Shown here one piece after another: positions 37,299-46,306 of a stretch of DNA of 64,000 bases; the stretch's first letter is position 1; each line of letters begins with the position of its first letter. A program made the translations under genes and the position numbers. The notes below the pieces were generated by a model. The model had not been told where the DNA came from. It saw nothing but the letters and a program-made list of their open reading frames with translations, and ran no database searches. This stretch comes from Candidatus Bathyarchaeia archaeon. Lineage in GTDB: Archaea > Thermoproteota > Bathyarchaeia > Bathyarchaeales > Bathycorpusculaceae. The stretch covers positions 1 to 64,000 of the forward strand of contig JAVZNT010000003.1 of the NCBI GenBank assembly GCA_038882655.1. Reading direction: 5' to 3'.

Positions 37299-37766
37299 AT
37301 GTCCTTTCTCCCGACAAGTCCACCTTGGTCGACACTTTTCATTTTCCTACTTGCCGCTGCTATATCTTTTCTTATAACTCTGGCAAATCGTCTCACAACA
37401 AACCCGGAAAAGACAAGGGCTTGGAGAAAAGAAATTGCCGAATGGAATCAACAGTTTAATAAGGCTAGGAAAAGCGGGGATAAGAAACAACTGGAGAAGC
37501 TTATGAAAAAACAGCAGTACATACTTCAGCTTCAAGCAAAAATGTCATGGCAGTCAATGAAAGTGTCCTTCTTATTCTTCGTCCCATTAATGATAATTTG
37601 GTCATTTCTGGGAAGCTTCTATACTGGTGAGAATGCCAACATTGCATACTTCCCAGGTATTGGCCCTCAGCTGTTGTTTCCGCCTTTGTTCTGGTGGTAT
37701 CTTTTATGCTCCTTTTTCTTTAGTACGATATTTTCCCATTTATTAGGTATTTCAAGTGTGGAGTGA
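37299..37766 (+). CDS. EMC3/TMCO1 (DUF106, Oxa1 superfamily) membrane protein
   Basis: TM, cytosolic coiled coil, TM, WY..CS motif; conserved position after secY. Confidence 0.88.
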   Translation: MSFLPTSPPWSTLFIFLLAAAISFLITLANRLTTNPEKTRAWRKEIAEWNQQFNKARKSGDKKQLEKLMKKQQYILQLQAKMSWQSMKVSFLFFVPLMIIWSFLGSFYTGENANIAYFPGIGPQLLFPPLFWWYLLCSFFFSTIFSHLLGISSVE

Positions 37767-37772
37767 TGTAGC

Positions 37773-38051
37773 ATGCCCAGACCATCTCAACGTGCACGCA
37801 GCCGGAAACGTGTTTTCAGGACTCTGCCTGGAGGACGCACAAGCATGCATCTTAAACGCGAAGTTCCAAGAGGTGACAGTTGCGCCAGTTGCGGCAAACC
37901 TTTAGCCGGAATTCCCCATCTTCTCCCCCATGAGGCGACGAAGCTTAACAGGACGAAGAGGAGAATTTCAAGAATTTATGGTGGGCATCTCTGCCACAAC
38001 TGCTTGAAAGTAGCCCTTAAACATGCGGCACGAACACTTAGTGTTGTATGA
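37773..38051 (+). CDS. rpl34e: 50S ribosomal protein L34e
   Basis: MPRP..R..S, R.LPGG, CASCGKPL.G, R.YGG.LC.NC. Confidence 0.93.
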   Translation: MPRPSQRARSRKRVFRTLPGGRTSMHLKREVPRGDSCASCGKPLAGIPHLLPHEATKLNRTKRRISRIYGGHLCHNCLKVALKHAARTLSVV

Positions 38052-38061
38052 GGTTCTTGGC

Positions 38062-38652
38062 ATGGCGAAAGAACCATTGATTATCTGCGTTTGTGGGATG
38101 GCTGGAAGCGGAAAAAGCACTTTAGCAAAAAAACTGGCCGAAAAGTACGGACTTAAATATTATTCTGGCGGTGATGCCCTAAAAGCTTTGGCTTTAGAGA
38201 GAGGTCATAAGCCAGCGGGGCACGGTTGGTGGGAAAGCAAAGAAGGCTTATCATTCCTAGAGAAAAGGAAGAAAAACCCCCAATTTGACAAGGCTGTTGA
38301 CCAGAAACTCTTGGAAATTGCAAAACAGGGAAACGTAATTCTAGACAGTTGGACAATGCCGTGGCTTCTCGAAGGCGGGTTCAAAATATGGCTTGAAGCA
38401 TCGCCAAGAAAAAGGGCGGAAAGAGTAGCAAAAAGAGACAACATGACCGTGAAAGAGGCATTAAACGCCTTGAGAAAGAAGGAGGAGAAGACAAAATCAA
38501 TCTATGAGAAGCTTTACGGCTTCAAATTAGGCGAAGATTTCACCCCATTCCACATGATATTGGACACCGATAATTTATCAGCTGAAGAAGTTTTTCAAGC
38601 CCTAAGTTTAGTTTTAGACAAGCTAGTTTTTGGTAAACAGAACTTCGCGTAA
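38062..38652 (+). CDS. cmk: Cytidylate kinase (archaeal type)
   Basis: P-loop GMAGSGKST, SGG, RAERVAKRD, YEKLYG; canonical position after L34e. Confidence 0.92.
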   Translation: MAKEPLIICVCGMAGSGKSTLAKKLAEKYGLKYYSGGDALKALALERGHKPAGHGWWESKEGLSFLEKRKKNPQFDKAVDQKLLEIAKQGNVILDSWTMPWLLEGGFKIWLEASPRKRAERVAKRDNMTVKEALNALRKKEEKTKSIYEKLYGFKLGEDFTPFHMILDTDNLSAEEVFQALSLVLDKLVFGKQNFA

Positions 38653-38723
38653 ATTTTTTAAAGCATTAGAGAAACTTCTATAATATTCCTTTAAAATAAA
38701 ATCCACATCTGAATCTAAAACCA

Positions 38724-39110
38724 ATGCGGAGATTGGAGAACTTGAAAATGCTAATTTTCTGCTCCGCAATTGTTACAGCCTTAATCCTCACAATTCTTCA
38801 CGGGCTTCTTCCAATGACTTGGGAAACGGCTCAAACACTGCTTACATTTAACCTTCTATTTCTGCTCATTCTCATGCCATTAAAAGGGTCTATTATGAGA
38901 AAAATAGCAATACTTTTGTTAGGTAATATATTAAGCTTCATTTGGAGCACCCTTTTCTATCTGCTTGTTCACTTCGCTGTTGGGCAAATGGATGGAGTGT
39001 TTAACACCTTATATGTTGTTTTGAGTCCACTGTTGAATGTTTTGTGGGTTGTAACATTTTGGTCTACAAGTCTGACCTTTTTGGCTGAACCGGGAAAAGG
39101 AAAGCGGTGA
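38724..39110 (+). CDS. Uncharacterised 4-TM membrane protein
   Basis: Four hydrophobic segments; stop overlaps the GT2 start (GTGA). Confidence 0.7.
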   Translation: MRRLENLKMLIFCSAIVTALILTILHGLLPMTWETAQTLLTFNLLFLLILMPLKGSIMRKIAILLLGNILSFIWSTLFYLLVHFAVGQMDGVFNTLYVVLSPLLNVLWVVTFWSTSLTFLAEPGKGKR

Positions 39111-40429
39111 AAAACTTGATAACTGAAATTTTAGAGGTCTTGCTTTTTCTGTCGACGATCTTGATGGCGGCTTATCTTGTTCGCCATTACATCTTCACCA
39201 TAACGGTTGCCAAGAAATCAAAAATAAATGGGAGGAGCCTTGTTGCAGCCGAAACCGCGGTCTTATCTTACCAACCAAAAGTGTCAATTTTGATACCTGC
39301 TCACAACGAAGAACTTGTCATTGGGCGGCTTCTCCAAAGAATGACGGAGCTGACATATCCAAAGGACAAGTTGCAAGTAGTAGTGATAGATGATGCCTCG
39401 ACGGATAAAACTGGAATTATAGCAGAACAGTATTCGAGGCATCACCCCTACATATTTGTTGTGAGAAGACATAGAGAGGAAGGTGGGCGTGGAAAGGCTT
39501 CCGCCCTAAACGCCGGAATGAAGTGGGCTAATGGCGAGATAATTCTGTGTTTTGACGCTGACTATTACCCGCAAAGAGACATTATAGAAAAACTTGTGAA
39601 AGAGTTTAAAGACCCAAAAGTGGGAGCAGTTCAAGGAAGGGTTGTTGTGCTAAACGAACCGCAAAACATCGTCACAAGGCTTGTTGCCCTTGAAAGGATA
39701 GGCGGATACCGCGTTGATCAAGAAGCCCGCGACAGCCTCGGCTTGATAACGCAGTTCGGCGGGACTGTTGGAGGATTTAGGCGTACCCTTTTAGAATCTC
39801 TTGGCGGATGGGACGAAAATATTCTAGCGGAGGACACTGATTTGACTTTCCGCGTTTATCTCGCTGGTTATAAGGTTAAGTATGTTAGTGATGCAGAGTG
39901 CTATGAAGAGGCTGTTGAAAATTGGCGAGCCTATTGGAGGCAGCGATACAGATGGGCTAAAGGACATATGCAATGTGCCTTCAAGCATTTGCTAAAAGTT
40001 CTGAAAAGCAAAAAGCTTGGACTTAAAGAGAAAATTGATGGCTTATTCTTGCTCGGTGTCTATTTTCTCCCCATTATTGTCCTTTTCTCATGGATAATTG
40101 GGGTGTCGCTAATGTTTCTGAAATTTTCGCGGCATTTCTCTCCATTTTGGGCAACATCCTCCATTGCCCTCTACAGTTCCATCGGAAACTTCGCTCCATT
40201 TTATGAGATTGGAGTTGGCGCCTTTCTTGATGGCAGAAAGAGGGCACAGTGGCTTATCCCCCTACTTCTCTTCACCCTCTTTTACAATATCCCTATATGC
40301 ACTAAAGCTCTTCTCGACATTTTTATTTCAAAAATTACAAGGAAAAACAATAACCATTGGGTTAAAACCGAACATTCAGGCAATGGAAACTGTTATATTA
40401 TAAACTGCGCTAAAACCTTAGAAAGGTAG
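39107..40429 (+). CDS. Processive family-2 glycosyltransferase (cellulose/PNAG-synthase-like)
   Basis: IPAHNEE, DDASTD, GKASALN, FDAD, AEDTD, QRYRW (D,D,D,QxxRW); N- and C-terminal TM helices; W.KTEH end. Confidence 0.92.
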   Translation: MKNLITEILEVLLFLSTILMAAYLVRHYIFTITVAKKSKINGRSLVAAETAVLSYQPKVSILIPAHNEELVIGRLLQRMTELTYPKDKLQVVVIDDASTDKTGIIAEQYSRHHPYIFVVRRHREEGGRGKASALNAGMKWANGEIILCFDADYYPQRDIIEKLVKEFKDPKVGAVQGRVVVLNEPQNIVTRLVALERIGGYRVDQEARDSLGLITQFGGTVGGFRRTLLESLGGWDENILAEDTDLTFRVYLAGYKVKYVSDAECYEEAVENWRAYWRQRYRWAKGHMQCAFKHLLKVLKSKKLGLKEKIDGLFLLGVYFLPIIVLFSWIIGVSLMFLKFSRHFSPFWATSSIALYSSIGNFAPFYEIGVGAFLDGRKRAQWLIPLLLFTLFYNIPICTKALLDIFISKITRKNNNHWVKTEHSGNGNCYIINCAKTLER

Positions 40430-40432
40430 AGA

Positions 40433-40684
40433 ATGGTTCCAGCTTCAGCTTTAACGTCAGTTATAATGTTGTTTTTTGGAGTTATGGCCTTCATTATTAT
40501 TATGCTTTTACCAGCAATTATGGAGCTGAAAAAACCAAAGGATGCAGGTCCAAAAATATTGGAAAGCGGCGAGCAACATGGAATTAATCTGTTGGTTAAC
40601 ATGGAAAGCGACGTCAAATTTGATTGGACCACCATAAGGCGAGTTGCAGAGATAATTGCAATCCTTCCAAACTTGGAGCCCTAA
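40433..40684 (+). CDS. Small single-TM protein downstream of the GT2
   Basis: TM helix followed by LLPAIMELKKPKDAGP; starts 3 nt after the GT2 stop. Confidence 0.7.
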   Translation: MVPASALTSVIMLFFGVMAFIIIMLLPAIMELKKPKDAGPKILESGEQHGINLLVNMESDVKFDWTTIRRVAEIIAILPNLEP

Positions 40685-40759
40685 CCCCAAAATTCAGAAA
40701 GCCTCATAGACGAGACTGTTAAATTCAATAGTTAGGAAAAGGGAGGACGGGGCCACATA

Positions 40760-42163
40760 ATGTTCTATATAGAATGCACAGTGTGCGGTGCAAAGTTTGA
40801 AGCCTATCCACCACAATACAGCTGCAAGAAATGTAGCGGCCTCCTAGAATACAGATGTGATAATGAAACGCTTAAAACCGGAACATTTGTCGGGCCTTTC
40901 ACTTTTTGGCGTTACAGGAAGCTTCTGCCAAAGGTCAGAAATGTTGTCTCCATGGGGGAAGGAGGAACCCCACTTATCAAGGCGAGAAGACTTGCCAAAG
41001 GTATTGGGTTAAACAATTTATACTTTAAGGATGAGACGCGAAACCCAACGAATTCTTTTAGGGATAGATGCGCTGCCCTAATTGTTTCCAACGCTGTTGA
41101 TTTGAAGTATAAGTCGGTTGCTTGCGCTACAAATGGAAACCTTGGGGCCTCCTTAGCTGCATACTGTGCAAAGTCTGGATTAACATGCCATGTTGTGGTG
41201 CCGAGAAACGTGGATATGGGAAAACTTGCCCAAATGCTGATCTATGACGCCGTAATTGAAGAGTATGGGGAAATAGTGGATGATTCACTGAAAAGGGCAG
41301 ATGAGCTAGCCAAAGAAATGGGCTGGTATCAAGGGTCTGCAGAGTTTAATCCGCTATCAATAGAAGCCCTAAAAACCATTGCCTACGAAGTTTACGAGCA
41401 AATTGGCGTCCCAGACTGGTTGATTGCTTCTATGGGAAGTGGTGGGACGTTATATGCTATTTGGAAAGGGTTTAAGGAGCTTGAAATAAGAGGCGAAGTA
41501 AAATCCATCCCAAAGATGGTTGGCGTTCAAGCTGAAGGCTGTTCACCAATTGTAAACGCGTATATGCAAAATATTCATGAGCTAACTCTCAAAACTAAAC
41601 CTTCAACTCACGCTCTTGCCATCCTCGTTAAAAGGCCGTGGTATGGTAAATTAGCCATCAAAGCAATCAAAGAATCTATAGGAATGGCTATATCAGTTTC
41701 AGACGAAGAAATTTTCTCTGCGGAACAGGAAATTGCAAAACTTGAGGGTGTCTTCGCTGAACCAGCAAGCGCAGCAACATACGGGGCACTTAAGAAACTT
41801 GTAAACCAACATGTAATTGGCAAAAAGGACAAGATTGTATGCTTGATAACTGGAAGCGGACTTAAAGCAACAGACATCCTCCAAATTTTAACTAAGAGAA
41901 AGAAAACGGCTATTGTTGGATTAGAGCTTAGTACAAAAGAGAAAATATTGAGGATCCTATGTGAAAATGATGCTTACGGCTATGAATTATGGAAAAAACT
42001 CGGAAAAGTGATGACGAGGGCAGCAATTTACCAACATTTAAGCGAATTATCAAAAAACGGGTTGGTCTCAAGTTATGAGAAAGATGGGCGAAAATATTTC
42101 AAAATAACAAAACGTGGAATTAAAGCTATTCATGCATTCGAGGATCTAAAACTTTTGTTATAG
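40760..42163 (+). CDS. Threonine-synthase-fold protein lacking the PLP lysine, fused to a C-terminal PadR-like winged helix
   Basis: Zn-ribbon N-terminus, MGEGGTPL, NPTNSFRDR (canonical NPTGSFKDR), KTIAYE, GVQAEGC.P, EPASA, TGSGLK; then ILRIL...YGYELWK.L....RAAIYQHL.EL...GLV......RKYF.IT..G. Confidence 0.88.
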   Translation: MFYIECTVCGAKFEAYPPQYSCKKCSGLLEYRCDNETLKTGTFVGPFTFWRYRKLLPKVRNVVSMGEGGTPLIKARRLAKGIGLNNLYFKDETRNPTNSFRDRCAALIVSNAVDLKYKSVACATNGNLGASLAAYCAKSGLTCHVVVPRNVDMGKLAQMLIYDAVIEEYGEIVDDSLKRADELAKEMGWYQGSAEFNPLSIEALKTIAYEVYEQIGVPDWLIASMGSGGTLYAIWKGFKELEIRGEVKSIPKMVGVQAEGCSPIVNAYMQNIHELTLKTKPSTHALAILVKRPWYGKLAIKAIKESIGMAISVSDEEIFSAEQEIAKLEGVFAEPASAATYGALKKLVNQHVIGKKDKIVCLITGSGLKATDILQILTKRKKTAIVGLELSTKEKILRILCENDAYGYELWKKLGKVMTRAAIYQHLSELSKNGLVSSYEKDGRKYFKITKRGIKAIHAFEDLKLLL

Positions 42164-42197
42164 TTTCCTATTTCATAAAGGGCATAAATTTAAAATA

Positions 42198-42215
42198 GTA
42201 TAGCTACAGCTATAC
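42198..42215. promoter_or_regulatory. Inverted repeat GTATAGCT-AC-AGCTATAC (candidate operator) next to a TTTAAAA TATA-like box
   Basis: Perfect 8-bp arms with a 2-bp spacer, between TTTAAAA (42189-42195) and the ATG at 42235. Confidence 0.65.
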
Positions 42216-42234
42216 CATTACACGAGGCTTTAAA

Positions 42235-42984
42235 ATGTCATTAAAGTCTGCGAACTTAACAAGGCAGCTAAGCATCACGGCTGTTTTCACAGCTCTTGTT
42301 TGCATAGCAACAATAAGCTTCACTGTTTATGTGCCAAGCACAAAAGGCTATTTTAACATAGGGGAAACAATGGTTTACACTGCAGCCTTACTTTTCGGGC
42401 CTTTTGTAGGAGCTTTTGCTGGTGGTGTTGGTTCTATGCTCGCGGATGTTTTCTTAGGTTATTACTATTATGCACCAGCAACTTTAGTAATTAAAGCCTC
42501 GGAAGGTCTCCTTGTTGGTTTTATCAGTCGGAAAGGGCAAGTTTTTGCTAGGTCCTATGTCAAGCGTGAGTGGAGAATATTTACAATTGAAATAGGCATA
42601 CTCGTAGGGATGCTCATCAGTCTTATTGGTTTCCTTTACTATAGCGGGCTTGTCGAACTCTATTCAGGCATAGTTTCCATAGAAAACCCAGCATCAACAG
42701 TTTTCGTCCCTGTTGAGTTTTGGTTTGGAATAGGGATTCTTACAGTCATTCTAGTAACAGTTTTAGCCTTAACATCTGAACCAGATTTCAGTTTAACAAT
42801 GATTGCATGCATCTTTGGAGGGTTGCTAATGGTTTTCGGATACTTCCTCTACGAACAGCTTTTCCTTGGGGTGTTTGCTTTCGCAGAAGTTCCCATAAAC
42901 ATTGGACAAATGACAGTAGGCCTAATTATTGCAGCACCCATTGTGCGAATCGCGAAGCAAACCTTGCCACAACTTAAAAGCTAA
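42235..42984 (+). CDS. ECF transporter S-component (extended)
   Basis: TALV..AT, P.T.GYFNIGE, GAFAGGVGSMLAD, APATLVIK..EG, MV.GYF.YE, P.NIGQ. Confidence 0.9.
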   Translation: MSLKSANLTRQLSITAVFTALVCIATISFTVYVPSTKGYFNIGETMVYTAALLFGPFVGAFAGGVGSMLADVFLGYYYYAPATLVIKASEGLLVGFISRKGQVFARSYVKREWRIFTIEIGILVGMLISLIGFLYYSGLVELYSGIVSIENPASTVFVPVEFWFGIGILTVILVTVLALTSEPDFSLTMIACIFGGLLMVFGYFLYEQLFLGVFAFAEVPINIGQMTVGLIIAAPIVRIAKQTLPQLKS

Positions 42985-43015
42985 CCTATTAAAATATTTG
43001 CTTGAGGCATTGAAA

Positions 43016-44041
43016 TTGAAACTGCCATTTGGAAAAGTTCCCATTGAAATACTAAAAGAGGTTATCTTTAAAAATCTTGGATTCAAACGCAGAGAGGTTA
43101 TCCTTGGACCATCAGCTGGCTACGATGGCGCGGTTATAGATTTGGGCGAGGAATCTCTGGTGGCTTCAATGGACCCCATTACCGGTGCTATTGAGCGTAT
43201 CGGCTGGCTTGCAGTAAATATCAATGCAAATGACATCGCCACTTTTGGTGTAGAGCCAGCTTTTTTCCTTTCATGCATATTGCTTCCAGAAGACACAGAC
43301 CGAAAAACAATTGAAGTTATATGCCTTCAAATGAATGATGCTGCAAACGATTTAAAAATGGCTATTATTGGGGGGCACTGTGAAGTAACGCCCGGGCTCG
43401 CTAATCCTGTCGTTATAGGATGCGCTTTGGGAATAACAGAAAAGGGGCGTTATGTCACAGCCGGTGGAGCTAAGCCTGGGAACAAACTTATTTTAACAAA
43501 AAGTGCTGGCATAGAAGGAACAGCCATACTGGCAACTGAACGCTATGATTTGCTCCTAAGGTTAGGCGCCGACGGTAAGCTGTTAAAGTCTGCGCAGAAG
43601 TTTTTTGACAAAATAAGCGTCGTCAAAGATGGCTTAACAGCATTCAAAACCGGCGGAGTTAAGGCAATGCATGACCCCACAGAAGGCGGCGTTCTAGGGG
43701 GCATCCATGAGATGGCAGATGCCTCAAACCTCGGCGTTAAAGTCTTTGAAGAGGAAATTCCAGTGGCAAAAGAAACGGCGGAAATTTGCAGGCTTTTAGG
43801 GATAGACCCATTGCAGCTGATAAGTTCTGGAGCTATGCTTATTGCAGCAAAACAGGAATACATGGAACTTATCATCGAGAAATTAAGGAAGGAGAAGATT
43901 GAAGCGTCCGTAATTGGCGAGTTTTTGAGCGATTCGAAAAAACGGGTAATGGTTCGCCAAGATAAACGTGAAACAAACCTTCTGCGTCCGGGATGCGACC
44001 ACTTATGGTTGGCATTAACAAGTCAAAAAGGAGTAAAGTAA
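43016..44041 (+). CDS. AIR-synthase (PurM)-like family protein (HypE/ThiL-related)
   Basis: GKVP, DPITGA, INANDIAT.G, IIGGH.EVT, AGIEGTAILA, MHDPTEGG; lacks the HypE C-terminal PRIC; start codon uncertain. Confidence 0.85.
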   Translation: MKLPFGKVPIEILKEVIFKNLGFKRREVILGPSAGYDGAVIDLGEESLVASMDPITGAIERIGWLAVNINANDIATFGVEPAFFLSCILLPEDTDRKTIEVICLQMNDAANDLKMAIIGGHCEVTPGLANPVVIGCALGITEKGRYVTAGGAKPGNKLILTKSAGIEGTAILATERYDLLLRLGADGKLLKSAQKFFDKISVVKDGLTAFKTGGVKAMHDPTEGGVLGGIHEMADASNLGVKVFEEEIPVAKETAEICRLLGIDPLQLISSGAMLIAAKQEYMELIIEKLRKEKIEASVIGEFLSDSKKRVMVRQDKRETNLLRPGCDHLWLALTSQKGVK

Positions 44042-44080
44042 ATATGCCTATACCTTTTGAAATATGAATTTCGCTGAAGG

Positions 44081-45061
44081 ATGAAAATGTTTCAAAACCT
44101 AAATATGGAAAGAGTTTTTATAACCGGGGGCGCCGGTTTCATTGGAAGTCACCTAGTTGACAGACTATGCGAAATGGGCGAAGACGTTATTGTATTTGAC
44201 AACTTAAGCTCTGGCACCGTTGAAAATGTCAAAAAATGGTTGAACATGCCTAACTTTAAATTTATACGTGGTGATTTACTATCTCTGAAAGAGATTATTA
44301 AATCCATAGAAGGATGCGACACCGTTTTTCATCTCGCTGCCAACCCAGAAGTTCGTGTTGGTTCGGAAAACCCTAAAATCCATTATGAACAAAACGTGCT
44401 TGCAACGTTTAATCTGCTTGAAGTAATCCGCAAAGTTGGGCGTGTCAAAACCCTAATTTTCACTTCTTCTTCAACGGTTTATGGAGATGCAATAGCAATA
44501 CCAACTCCAGAGGATTATGCCCCACTAAAGCCCATCTCAGCTTACGGCGCTTCTAAGCTAGCTGCTGAAGCCCTCATATCAGCATACGCCAACACATACG
44601 GCTTTCAAGCCATAATATATAGACTGGCAAACATTGTAGGCCAGAGGTCGCAGCATGGAGTCATACATGATTTCATAAAAAAACTCAAAGAAAATCCGAA
44701 AAAGCTTGAGATACTTGGCGATGGCACTCAAACCAAATCCTATTTACATGTTGAAGACTGTATAGACGCCATTCTGACAGGCTTATATAAGAGCAATGAA
44801 AGGGTAGGCATATTCAATGTGGGATCTGAGGACCAAGTAGTCGTAGAGGAGATAGCAGACATTGTTTGCGCAAAGATGGGGTTAAAAAGTGTGCAATATG
44901 TTTTTACAGGCGGTGTCGATGGGGGGAGAGGCTGGAAAGGCGACGTAAGGGTCATGCTTTTAAACATTGAAAAACTTAAAAAATTAGGGTGGAAGCCAAA
45001 ACTGAAAAGCCGTCAAGCAGTTGAGAGAGCGGTTTCAGAAATATTGCATGCTACACGTTAG
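44081..45061 (+). CDS. NAD-dependent nucleotide-sugar epimerase (UDP-glucose 4-epimerase-like)
   Basis: TGGAGFIGSHL, HLAANP, SSSTVYG, YGASK, GDGTQ.KSY. Confidence 0.93.
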   Translation: MKMFQNLNMERVFITGGAGFIGSHLVDRLCEMGEDVIVFDNLSSGTVENVKKWLNMPNFKFIRGDLLSLKEIIKSIEGCDTVFHLAANPEVRVGSENPKIHYEQNVLATFNLLEVIRKVGRVKTLIFTSSSTVYGDAIAIPTPEDYAPLKPISAYGASKLAAEALISAYANTYGFQAIIYRLANIVGQRSQHGVIHDFIKKLKENPKKLEILGDGTQTKSYLHVEDCIDAILTGLYKSNERVGIFNVGSEDQVVVEEIADIVCAKMGLKSVQYVFTGGVDGGRGWKGDVRVMLLNIEKLKKLGWKPKLKSRQAVERAVSEILHATR

Positions 45062-46092
45062 TGTCTTTTTAAAAAGAATCTCACGCTTCGCCACTTGTCC
45101 TTAACTATTTCAATGTTGCCAGCAACGCTTCCATGAATCGAGTAAAAAATGTAACAAAGATATGCGCATCTTTCACACTCACTATATTTTTTTCTAAGGA
45201 CTTCAAATCTTTCGCTTTCCCAAAGACTGGGCAATTCGAAAATTGAAGCAACCGGTTCGTGAAGATGGCAGCCGGCAACTTCACCTCGATGATTTATTAC
45301 AAAAAAATTCCGCAGCGCACCACATTTCCAGATTCTCTCATTACTCAGATAAAGGTGCTTAACAGCCTCCAAAACTTTTGTTGTAATCAAAATATTGTCA
45401 TTCTCTCGCTTCATTTCAAGAAGTGAGTCGCAAACCTTAACCATGGCGTCTCTATCCCTTATTAAGAAAGCATCTTCCGCTTTTCCTATCTTAAAAAGTG
45501 AGTTTGAATGGTCGGGCGCGTCATAGGAATATAGGGAATACCAGACCGGTATTCCTTTGTCTAAGAAATATTTAGTGAAATCAACAATCTCGTAAAGATT
45601 TGCTTGCGAAATAGTAGGCGTCACGCTTACATTAATTCCTTCCATGTGAAGTCTTTCAACAGCTTCCATAGCTTTTTTCCACGCCCCCTTAACCCCCCTT
45701 ATGCGGTCGTTTTTATCCGGGTTTAGGCTGTCTATTGAAATCGCAACAAAATTTGTGTGTCTTAACGCGCCAATGTTTTTAACCGCCAAGCTACCATTAT
45801 CATAAACTGTTACAAGGAAGTAACGTGACGCATACTCAATTATTTCGTCGATGTCGGCCCTCAAGAGTGGGTTACCACCAGATATCAAAACCTCCACAAC
45901 GCCAAGTTTTCGAAGGATATCCAACCCGCGTTTGACCTTTTCAGTTGATAATTCCTTGTTGTCCTGCTCCCGCCAGACATTACACCCTCTACAACGGTAA
46001 TTACATTTTCTCGTAACCATCCATTGCACATGATAAGGCCTATTAGGCGCCAAAACCCGCGAAACAATGCTCAAGGCTTTTCTAATGGACAT
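45058..46092 (-). CDS. Radical SAM protein with SPASM/twitch domain
   Basis: CNYRCRGC, SGGNPL, ISIDS, C-terminal C.A...G.V..C...C..C...C. Confidence 0.88.
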   Translation of the reverse strand: MSIRKALSIVSRVLAPNRPYHVQWMVTRKCNYRCRGCNVWREQDNKELSTEKVKRGLDILRKLGVVEVLISGGNPLLRADIDEIIEYASRYFLVTVYDNGSLAVKNIGALRHTNFVAISIDSLNPDKNDRIRGVKGAWKKAMEAVERLHMEGINVSVTPTISQANLYEIVDFTKYFLDKGIPVWYSLYSYDAPDHSNSLFKIGKAEDAFLIRDRDAMVKVCDSLLEMKRENDNILITTKVLEAVKHLYLSNERIWKCGALRNFFVINHRGEVAGCHLHEPVASIFELPSLWESERFEVLRKKYSECERCAYLCYIFYSIHGSVAGNIEIVKDKWRSVRFFLKRH

Positions 46093-46306
46093 TCACCGGC
46101 ACCATTTCAAACGATTCTCGGTTTTAATGCCCAGTACATCTTTTTAAAGATATAAACTGTACTTTTATGAATAACTTATTTTAGACTTTACTTTAGTATT
46201 TAGTGGTTGTTAAGACCCTGCGAACTTCGTGAATGTGAAGTCGGATTACTTATGCCACGTTGAAGGTTAAAATCATCAGCTTATACAAAAATTAAAGCTC
46301 AAAACG

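Noticed and set aside
40715-40732. Imperfect palindrome ACTGTTAAATTCAATAGT upstream of the ThrC-wHTH gene
   Set aside because: AT-rich, imperfect and unrelated in sequence to the 42198-42215 palindrome; too weak to call.
40760-42163. Plain annotation as threonine synthase thrC
   Set aside because: The Schiff-base Lys is Arg and there is a wHTH fusion, so the gene symbol was withheld.
43016-44041. Possible second hypE
   Set aside because: Lacks the essential C-terminal PRIC cysteine and the HGAGG start; kept as a PurM-like protein.
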